Shown: positions 56,997 through 64,000 of the stretch, piece by piece
Layout of the letters: every line of letters begins with the position of its first letter
Numbering within the stretch: the first letter of the stretch is position 1
Assembly: GCA_028712895.1 (NCBI GenBank)
Contig: JAQTPL010000001.1
Location: 3,681-67,680 of the forward strand
Reading direction: 5' to 3'
DNA: 64,000 nt
Origin: a bacterium
Lineage (GTDB): Bacteria > CAYTYR01 > UBA6262
Notes under the pieces: generated by a model
Told to the model about the DNA's origin: nothing
What the model saw: the letters and a program-made list of their open reading frames with translations, nothing else
Database searches by the model: none
Position numbers and translations under genes: made by a program

Positions 56997-57647
56997 TTAC
57001 TTTGACCCTCTGACACTTTGACCCTTTTCTTTGACACTTAATATGTATGGTTTGATCTTATTATATACCCGTTGGGCGATAATACCGTACCCTGAAGCAT
57101 TCGGGTGTATTTCATCGCTCTTTTTCGAAGGGTCGGTAAAGATGTCTTTGATAATATTGGGAATATAAATACATTTGCGGTCGCTGGCTACCCGCTCAAA
57201 AACCTCATCATATTCATCTACCAATAAACCAATACGCACTCCGGCTATTGCTACCATGGCCCCTTTCTCCTGGATTTTCAGGACTATTTGGTCCAAGTTA
57301 TCCCTAGTCTCATTCTTGGGTATCTTGCGGAAAAAATCATTGGCACCGAACTGCACGATCACGAGTTTGGGATCCTTATCCAGGACATCTGTTTCTAAAC
57401 GTTCCAATGCCTGGCGGGTAGTATTGCCGCTGCTGCCGGCATTGATTACTGGCTGGCCTAGAAGTTTTGACAGGACAGCGGGATAGTCTTCACCTGGTTT
57501 GGCCCCATAACCTGCGGTCAAACTATCCCCGAAACAGATAATATTACTACCCTTGGCAGAGGTGTTGGCTACTTTTGGCCCGCACGCTCCCATAGGTAAG
57601 ATCATCGCCAGGAACAGTAAATTAATAGTTAGTTTGCACCAGGACAA
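56997..57647 (-). CDS. SGNH/GDSL hydrolase (arylesterase/TesA-like), secreted
   Basis: It has IICFGDSLTAGYG (GDS block I) and a DxxH-like region EIHPN. Confidence 0.8.
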   Translation of the reverse strand: MSWCKLTINLLFLAMILPMGACGPKVANTSAKGSNIICFGDSLTAGYGAKPGEDYPAVLSKLLGQPVINAGSSGNTTRQALERLETDVLDKDPKLVIVQFGANDFFRKIPKNETRDNLDQIVLKIQEKGAMVAIAGVRIGLLVDEYDEVFERVASDRKCIYIPNIIKDIFTDPSKKSDEIHPNASGYGIIAQRVYNKIKPYILSVKEKGQSVRGSK

Positions 57648-59049
57648 AAGTCTTTTTACCTTTTTTTACGGTTATATTGGAAATGATATCTTCCGCGGCT
57701 TTGACACTGCTACGGTTGAAATAGTTAACCTTTAGCTCATGGATACCTGCCGGTACCGCGAATCTGGCCATCCTGATAGTGTCAGGCAGGACCTGCCAGC
57801 ATCGTTTGTCTGCTTTTTCAGTCAGGGCTGCTGCCACTTTTACCGTGCTGGATAATAAAAATGCGCCCAGGGCGTTGTCGGCTTTTTTCTCTATGTTCCT
57901 GACTGCAGCCCGGGATAAGGCATACTTTACTGCAGCGCGGGCAAAAGCTTTGGCATAGATCCGGCCGATCCGGTCGTTCAGGCTCTTGACGGCGATCTTG
58001 CCTATATCTTCCACCAATTCGGTCGGCTTGCTTATATCTGGAAGCTCAATGATACTGGAAGTAATGGCATAGTTAGTAGGCACATATTGCGGAAAAGCAA
58101 CGACTACCTGCTGGTTAGCAGCTATGGACATGATAGCTGTTTTGGCAGTAGAAACACTTTCCGCTGCTTCTCCTTCAGTCTGCACTGCGCCGACATAACC
58201 CCAGGCTTTGTTAAAAGCTATTTCCAGGATATTATCTATTTTATGAGGTACCCGCCCGTTATAGTGCAGGACGATTATCTCGCCGAAGCTATTGGCCAGG
58301 CCAGCCTGTTTATAATTCTCTGCTAATGCCGGAAAATCTTTAAAAAGTTCTTCCTTCTCGCTGTCAAAATGCAACCTGGCTGCCGTAGCAATAGTGCTGT
58401 CGAATAACTCCTGCGGTATTGGCACACCCAGGGATTTTTGCTGGTCCCGGTACGTGTATAAAGCTTTACGGTAAGAAATGAAGGCGTCATTGGTCTCACC
58501 TTCATTTTCATAGATCAAGCCCATGAGATAACGTACAAAGGCATCTTCCTGGTAGGTATTTTTGTTACCGTAGTTGGTTTGCAGGAGCTTAAGGAAATCA
58601 TCTGCCGCCCTGGCTTCAACCAGGGCATCTTCACCCTTATTGAGGAAAATATAATTAAGCGCAGAGAACACGTGGACCAAAGCCTGTTCAAAATCTTCCC
58701 CATAATATGGACGCATATTATCGCTGATCAGGAAGGTGGAAGCTTCTCGGGAGATGCTTTTAGTGAACAGGTCCTTGGCCAGCTGGCTGGCTTCGTATAG
58801 CAGCAGGTTAGATTTGTTATAGTCTGCCCCGATATGATACAGGTAGCCCTGGTCAAGGTAATACAGCAGGAGATCATTTTCGCCATAGAACTTAGCAGTA
58901 TTGTCTTCAACCTGTTTACTGGCGGCAGCATAATCCTTCTGGGCTACATAATTGTTGAGGGTGTTATAATATGTTAATCTGTTAGCTCCGCAACCGGCCA
59001 AGGCAAAAGCCGCTAAAAACAGGAGAACGATATTTGTTTTTATCTTCAA
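57622..59049 (-). CDS. large lipoprotein of unknown function
   Basis: The lipobox is LAGCG. The 475-aa protein is alpha-helix-rich. Confidence 0.45.
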   Translation of the reverse strand: MKIKTNIVLLFLAAFALAGCGANRLTYYNTLNNYVAQKDYAAASKQVEDNTAKFYGENDLLLYYLDQGYLYHIGADYNKSNLLLYEASQLAKDLFTKSISREASTFLISDNMRPYYGEDFEQALVHVFSALNYIFLNKGEDALVEARAADDFLKLLQTNYGNKNTYQEDAFVRYLMGLIYENEGETNDAFISYRKALYTYRDQQKSLGVPIPQELFDSTIATAARLHFDSEKEELFKDFPALAENYKQAGLANSFGEIIVLHYNGRVPHKIDNILEIAFNKAWGYVGAVQTEGEAAESVSTAKTAIMSIAANQQVVVAFPQYVPTNYAITSSIIELPDISKPTELVEDIGKIAVKSLNDRIGRIYAKAFARAAVKYALSRAAVRNIEKKADNALGAFLLSSTVKVAAALTEKADKRCWQVLPDTIRMARFAVPAGIHELKVNYFNRSSVKAAEDIISNITVKKGKKTFVLVQTNY

Positions 59050-59102
59050 AGCTTATTCTTTCCGATCGGGTTTCGTTTCCGATAACCGATACCGGGATTT
59101 GA

Positions 59103-59708
59103 TTATGGTTTTACCTTTGGCCTGGTGACCAGTTTCTTGATCTTCTTCTGGCCGATCCAGACTTTTTCATTGGTGAGAATATTGATCATTTCCAGTTCTA
59201 CCTGGTAATACATGACCGCTTGTTTGCCGGCTGCATCCATGATAGTATTGATCTGCCCCTGCAGCATAAAATCAGCGCCCTTTTCCTTACCCATAGCTTT
59301 AATCGTGGCCGGGTCTGCAAAGTCAGCCTGGTCCATCTTTTCTTCGCGGACTTCGGTGCGTGGTTCCCTGGCAACGACGAATTTCACTTTGCCGGAATTG
59401 AGCAGTTCCCTTTCCAGGTCTTTGACAAAGGTTTCAGTATTAATGTGCTCGCTGGACCGGTTCCGCACTGTACCGACTATTACTGTCGGTGGCTTGCCCT
59501 GTGTAGAACGGAATTCACTGACCCATGGACGGCTGAGTGAATCATTGATCATCTCTGCTGATACTAGCTGGGAATCAGTATCATTCCAATTACCGCTCAA
59601 GTCGATCATTTCACCGGAGTCGACTCTTTCCACTTTCGTTCCGCCGCAACCAGCTAACAGGCTCAAGGCCAGCATAAAAAATACTATTCCTACCATATAC
59701 TTTTTCAT
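59103..59708 (-). CDS. lpoB: LpoB-like penicillin-binding-protein activator lipoprotein
   Basis: The lipobox is LLAGCGG. LSGNWNDTDSQLVSAEMIN...TVIVGTVRNRS...VVAREPRTEV matches the LpoB/YcfM pattern. Confidence 0.6.
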   Translation of the reverse strand: MKKYMVGIVFFMLALSLLAGCGGTKVERVDSGEMIDLSGNWNDTDSQLVSAEMINDSLSRPWVSEFRSTQGKPPTVIVGTVRNRSSEHINTETFVKDLERELLNSGKVKFVVAREPRTEVREEKMDQADFADPATIKAMGKEKGADFMLQGQINTIMDAAGKQAVMYYQVELEMINILTNEKVWIGQKKIKKLVTRPKVKP

Positions 59709-59855
59709 CTGCTTTTCCTCCTATTGTTAAGTATTTGGGTTATGGTTTTGGAAGTAGGTTTGGTCTTAGGTTAATGAGTTTAGGTCTTAAACCACAAACT
59801 TTAGACTTACTTCAATACTTACTTCTACAACCAACAACTTCTTACTAGTTATTAA

Positions 59856-61070
59856 TTAAAGGTGCCTTGATATCTTCCCTTTCAACTCGGTGAAGTTCGG
59901 CGTGATGTTTTCTTTCTTCCGCCCGAAACAAACGCCCATTCTTTCATGGAACTTGACCTGGTCCAGGTCAACAAAACGCTGTTTAATGGCTTCGGCCGTG
60001 GGGATATATTTTACATCCTTGCCTTCAACTCCGGCCACTGTTACCCCGGTAATACCCTTTTTCAAGAGTAGTACAGCGGCAGCACCCGCTTCTTTGCCGA
60101 AATTAACATCATACGCCGAGGAATGGCCAGCCCTAACCAGGTGGCCTGGTGTGACGGAACGGATCTCAGGGATCTCGTTGATGCCTTTGACGTACATATG
60201 GTTTTTGATCATGTGTTCTTTGGTTTTAGTGTCAGCTTTCATCCGCTTGGAAACTTCCTGCACCACATATTTGGCAGCGCCGGCCAGTTTCTTGTGGCCG
60301 AAAGCGTCTATACCTGACGATTCATCATAAAGCTCGGTTCCGTCCGAGTTCCGCAGGCCTTCAGCTACAACAATTGTATACGTCCCGGCCAGTACGTCGC
60401 TTTCCTCTATACGGCTCCAATAACGTTTGCTGATATGCTGGTACAGCAGATCAAAATCTACCGGTATCTCAGGGATCAGGATAGCATCAGCGTCAGCACC
60501 GATACCGCCACGGAAAGCCGTATGTCCGGCATAGCGGCCGAATACTTCGATGACCATGATCCGGTTATGGGTACGGCCGGTGGTCTTCAATTCCTGCACA
60601 AAATTGGTGATACGGTTAATAGTAGAATCAGCTCCGACTGAATAGGTCTGCAGGTCCAGGTCCATGGTTTTGGGGGCGTGGACGCAGGGAATTCCCTGCT
60701 GGATCAGGTCCACCATGACACTGCCGGAATCATCTCCGCCGCTGATGACCAGGCCATCGATCTTGAATTTATTCAGGCCGTCTTTGATCCTCTTGTATTT
60801 GTCCGGATCTTCGATCTTTTTGATCTTGACGCGGGAATGCCCGGCTTCACTGCCAGCCAGGTTCGATTCGACTGAATCAATACGTTCCGGGTCCAGGCTG
60901 ACCAGCTTGTCAAAGTCGATCAGGTTGTATAACCCGGCATAGCCGTTGGGAATAACAAAAACTTCGAGCCCTTCCTTATGTGCCATCTGGGCAGTGCCTT
61001 TTACGACCGCATTCAAGCCACCGCAATCACCACCGCTGGTAATAATGCCTATCCGTTTGATCTCGCCCAT
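59856..61070 (-). CDS. 6-phosphofructokinase, probably PPi-dependent
   Basis: It has GIITSGGDCGGLNA. GGDDS (Asp in the GGDG motif) and PKTMDLD are typical of PPi-PFKs. Confidence 0.8.
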   Translation of the reverse strand: MGEIKRIGIITSGGDCGGLNAVVKGTAQMAHKEGLEVFVIPNGYAGLYNLIDFDKLVSLDPERIDSVESNLAGSEAGHSRVKIKKIEDPDKYKRIKDGLNKFKIDGLVISGGDDSGSVMVDLIQQGIPCVHAPKTMDLDLQTYSVGADSTINRITNFVQELKTTGRTHNRIMVIEVFGRYAGHTAFRGGIGADADAILIPEIPVDFDLLYQHISKRYWSRIEESDVLAGTYTIVVAEGLRNSDGTELYDESSGIDAFGHKKLAGAAKYVVQEVSKRMKADTKTKEHMIKNHMYVKGINEIPEIRSVTPGHLVRAGHSSAYDVNFGKEAGAAAVLLLKKGITGVTVAGVEGKDVKYIPTAEAIKQRFVDLDQVKFHERMGVCFGRKKENITPNFTELKGKISRHL

Positions 61071-61152
61071 GATTCTTTTTCTTCCTCCTTAGTATTAGTT
61101 TGTTTTTGAATAAAAAAGTATAGCAAAAATGCGCTTAAAAGTAAATAAATTC

Positions 61153-61863
61153 CTATGCTTTTGCCAGGTCATAACTAATGAGCAGGTCTTTATTGGAAAG
61201 TATCTCAAAGGTAGGGCCGAAAGCTTTGAGCCTTCCCCGGTTCAGAATAGCTACTTTGTTGCAGAGAGTTCCGACCATTTCCAAGTCATGGGTAGCGATC
61301 AGTTTCGTGATATTCAGATTTTTCAACAAGTCGATCAATTCCCAACGGTGCTTGGGGTCCAGGTTGCTGGAAGGCTCATCCAATACCAGTATCTTGGGTT
61401 TCATGGACAGGACCGTGGCCAGGGAAATCCTTTTCTTTTCCCCAAAACTCAAATGATGGGAGGAACGGTGTTTTGCCGAAAGCATATCCACTTCTTGCAG
61501 GGCCAGGTCCACTTGCCAATTAACTTTATCTTTACTCCAGCCCATGTTGACCGGGCCAAAAGCGATATCTTCATATACAGAAGGCATGAACAACTGGTGT
61601 TCAGGATCCTGAAATACCAAGGCCACTTTCTCCCTGATCTGGCGGATGGTATCAGCAGTGATCTCCAGCCCGTCTATCAGGATCTGGTTATTACCGTGCA
61701 AAATACCATTCATATGCAGTAATAGAGTTGATTTACCGGCGCCATTAGGGCCGATCAAACCGACGCAATCCCCTTCTTCCACATCCAGGGAAACATTTTC
61801 CAGGGCCAGGTTACCGTCAGGATATGTATAGGAAAGATCCTTAATTTCGATCAAAGGGCTCAT
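61153..61863 (-). CDS. ECF transporter ATPase (CbiO/EcfA type ABC protein)
   Basis: Walker A is GPNGAGKST, the signature is LSFGEKKRISLATVL and Walker B is ILVLDEP. Confidence 0.85.
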   Translation of the reverse strand: MSPLIEIKDLSYTYPDGNLALENVSLDVEEGDCVGLIGPNGAGKSTLLLHMNGILHGNNQILIDGLEITADTIRQIREKVALVFQDPEHQLFMPSVYEDIAFGPVNMGWSKDKVNWQVDLALQEVDMLSAKHRSSHHLSFGEKKRISLATVLSMKPKILVLDEPSSNLDPKHRWELIDLLKNLNITKLIATHDLEMVGTLCNKVAILNRGRLKAFGPTFEILSNKDLLISYDLAKA

Positions 61864-62585
61864 CGCAGGCTATACTCCATGATCTTGATAATAATAAAAA
61901 TCATTAATGCTGAAACACCAAATAAATAATCCCTGTTCTTCAGGCTGAAATCGTCCAGGGTCCTGATCGTCCCGTCAAAACCGCGGGAAAGCATGGCCTG
62001 ATAAATACGCTCACTGCGCTCATAAGAAGAAATAAAAACTACACCAATAATATTGGCCAGGACTTTAGTATGGAACCACTTGGAACCACCTACTGTCCGG
62101 GCATCCTTGGCAGTCTTGACATTCATTAATTCGTCAGTGATCACAAAAAGATAGCGGTACATAAAAGAAAAGATCATGACCAGGACAACGGGTATTTTCA
62201 GTTTTTGCAGGGCTTTCAGGAAATGGGAGAAACTGGTAGTTGAGATTAGCAGGATCATGGTCAGGATCGACAGATAGGCTTTAACCACGATAATCCCGCT
62301 GAACCAGGGTTGCCGGTGATGATAAAATAACGAAAACAAGGCAAAGAAGATGATAAAAGGCAAACTCACCAAGGATTTCCGGAAAATACGGAGCAGCGGG
62401 ACATTAGCCAGCAGAGTGCACAGGACCAGGATAAAAGTATAGTAAATCAGGGAGAAAGAATTATTGAAAGAAGTAATGTTCACCAGCAATACAAATAATA
62501 CGGTAGAAATGATCTTTATCCTGGGATCAATCTTTTGCAGTACCCCGTTGATTTTGGAATATTCGTCGGCAAAATGGTGTTTCAT
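61860..62585 (-). CDS. ECF transporter transmembrane T component (CbiQ/EcfT)
   Basis: It has 5-6 TM helices and the KIDPRIKII N-region. It overlaps the ATPase start. Confidence 0.7.
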   Translation of the reverse strand: MKHHFADEYSKINGVLQKIDPRIKIISTVLFVLLVNITSFNNSFSLIYYTFILVLCTLLANVPLLRIFRKSLVSLPFIIFFALFSLFYHHRQPWFSGIIVVKAYLSILTMILLISTTSFSHFLKALQKLKIPVVLVMIFSFMYRYLFVITDELMNVKTAKDARTVGGSKWFHTKVLANIIGVVFISSYERSERIYQAMLSRGFDGTIRTLDDFSLKNRDYLFGVSALMIFIIIKIMEYSLR

Positions 62586-63256
62586 TAAATATACCCTTTC
62601 AGCAGGTAATACATAAACTTGATATATTCTTCACTGGTAGACATCATGGCTTTTTCCGAGTGCCACCAGTTGTTCCTGGTATACCAGCTGTCTTGCACCG
62701 GATAGATCATGACCTTGATCCCGGAGTTTTTGTAAACCTTTTTAAAAGCGTAAAATGCCCGCTTGGTATGAAATGGCTCTGAAACCACGATCAAGGATTT
62801 TAAATTACGTTTTTTGCACTCTGCCAGGCTCAAGGTAGCGTCATCATGCGTGCTCATAGAATCCAGGATAGGAATGATCCGGTCCCAGGGTACGCCGCGG
62901 TTATTGGCTAATTTCTGTCCCTGCAAAGCCCAATGATATACCGGGCCGCCCATGATCGGCGTGAATTCACCGGTCAGCATCATTTGATTGGCGTATTTCT
63001 CGCGGTAGAGCTGGGCTCCCTGTAATACCCGTTCGCCCCTGCCTCCGCCCAGCACCAGGATAGCATCAGCTTTTTCGATCTTGTTCTGGTAAATGAGCCA
63101 TCCCCCCACTTGTTTCAGCCAAAACTTGTAGAACAGCGGGAATTGGAGAATGATGAGGCACAGTATTAATAGAATATATTTTGTTGATTTCTTCATAATT
63201 CCTTTATAATTCAATGGTATAGTGGCTCGCTGTCTCGCTGCGCCGTTTTCCGCCAC
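62585..63256 (-). CDS. DUF218 (YdcF/ElyC-like) domain protein
   Basis: It has ADAILVLGGG and HTKRA. The true start is probably MKKSTKY (~63196), which has a TM anchor. Confidence 0.65.
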   Translation of the reverse strand: MAENGAARQRATIPLNYKGIMKKSTKYILLILCLIILQFPLFYKFWLKQVGGWLIYQNKIEKADAILVLGGGRGERVLQGAQLYREKYANQMMLTGEFTPIMGGPVYHWALQGQKLANNRGVPWDRIIPILDSMSTHDDATLSLAECKKRNLKSLIVVSEPFHTKRAFYAFKKVYKNSGIKVMIYPVQDSWYTRNNWWHSEKAMMSTSEEYIKFMYYLLKGYI

Positions 63257-63469
63257 TAATCCTCCAACAAGCTCTGGCGGACTAAAGAGCGTTGGCGGAC
63301 GCGGCGAAAATCGTGTATATAATAGCTTGAATTTGCTGTAAGCAAATTCACCCGCCGATCTTTTTTGAGGGCCGAACGTTTTCTACACTGGCATCAGCGG
63401 CCGCGCTCGCCTCTTATCCAATGTATAGATCAGGGAACCCGTCATTATTTTGAGCGAGCTTGTCGAGAG

Positions 63470-64000
63470 TTATTTAGGCAAATTCAGGGAAATGTCCACG
63501 TCTTTCTTTTCATCTTCCGAGATCCTGAACATCTCTTTTTCCCGATAGCTCAGCATATTGGCAATGATCATATCCGGCACCTGGTTAATGCGGATATTAT
63601 AAATATTCACGCTGTCGTTGTACAGCTCGCGCCGGTCAGCCAATTCTGATTCCAGGCCGCTGATGCGGGTTTGCAATTGGTGAATATTGTTGTTTGATTT
63701 AAGATCAGGATAAGCTTCCCCGACTGCCCAGATACCACCCAGGGCTTTGGTCAGATTGCCTTCCTTGACTGCCTTATCAGCTACGCCGGTAGCGTTCATG
63801 GCAGCAGTACGCAGTTCGATCACCCGCTCTAAAGTACCGCGTTCGTACTGGGAGAACTGTTCGCAGATCTTGATGAGCTTGGGGATCTCGTCATGCCGTT
63901 GTTTCAGAATGACATCAATATTGGCCCACGCCTTCTCAATATTACGCGACACCCGGATCAAGCCATTGTAAATAGTGAACGCATAGCTGATCAGCCCAAA
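63470..64000 (-). CDS. LemA family protein (N-terminus beyond window end)
   Basis: AWANIDVILKQRHDEIPKLIKICEQFSQYERGTLERVIELRTAA matches the LemA core. The TM N-terminus is missing, so the ORF continues past 64000. Confidence 0.7.
   Translation of the reverse strand, partial: FGLISYAFTIYNGLIRVSRNIEKAWANIDVILKQRHDEIPKLIKICEQFSQYERGTLERVIELRTAAMNATGVADKAVKEGNLTKALGGIWAVGEAYPDLKSNNNIHQLQTRISGLESELADRRELYNDSVNIYNIRINQVPDMIIANMLSYREKEMFRISEDEKKDVDISLNLPK

Noticed and set aside
59725-59855. Possible small RNA or repeat in the pfk/lpoB spacer (ggtcttag / gtttaggtcttaaacc direct repeats)
   Set aside because: There is only a short imperfect direct repeat with no stable secondary structure or recognisable promoter/terminator pair. 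It is more likely a promoter region for lpoB.
1-64000. tRNA, rRNA or tmRNA genes
   Set aside because: No T-loop (GGTTCGAATCC-like) or anticodon-stem signatures were seen in any intergenic gap longer than 70 nt. The largest gaps are explained by repeats and promoters.

Overview
This is a 64 kb bacterial chromosomal window; the organism is not identifiable from sequence alone, though the gene content points to an anaerobe (Rex, PPi-type PFK, several radical-SAM genes, MsrAB). Almost every gene runs on the minus strand. About 85 features are supported. Coordinates ~3.35–14.8 kb form a markedly AT-rich accessory island carrying the following, in order.

- A translationally coupled DUF262 plus RelA/SpoT-like (toxSAS-like) gene pair, proposed here as a candidate new defense module.
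- A membrane protein plus Clp-fold serine protease pair.
- A type II R-M operon with Vsr (putative REase, C5-MTase, Vsr).
- A RAYT/IS200-like transposase with a truncated second copy and a family of REP-like repeats.
- MNT–HEPN and RHH–PIN toxin-antitoxin pairs.

An AbiEi/AbiEii pair sits at the left edge. The rest is core metabolism and envelope functions, in coordinate order:

- Transport and efflux: MATE efflux transporter, TspO.
- Signalling and redox: HD-GYP phosphodiesterase, ankyrin-repeat protein, Lpd-like oxidoreductase.
- Radical-SAM clusters and repair: an ArsS-like rSAM/DUF2064/GT2/DedA cluster, MsrAB.
- Carbohydrate and tRNA: GlgP, Dus tRNA-dihydrouridine synthase, a glycoside hydrolase.
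- Fluoride and purine-like: an RND/OMF fusion relic, OmpA lipoprotein, CrcB with DUF190, a PurF-like protein whose Cys1 is replaced by Ser.
- Giant protein and neighbours: a 2260-aa protein built from ~17 SH3b-like units separated by charged coiled-coil linkers, then YajQ, GlmM, a MiaB-family radical SAM enzyme, dienelactone hydrolase, PQQ sugar dehydrogenase.
- Serine synthesis and regulation: SerA, SerC, Rex with a canonical Rex box on its own promoter, PilZ, RsmE.
- Envelope and transport at the right edge: LpoB, PPi-type PFK, an ECF transporter A/T pair, a DUF218 protein and a partial LemA gene.

A pair of paralogous ~100-aa cysteine-rich proteins (one beside HD-GYP, one immediately upstream of crcB) is a second unexplained element. 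No rRNA, tRNA or CRISPR array was recognised.
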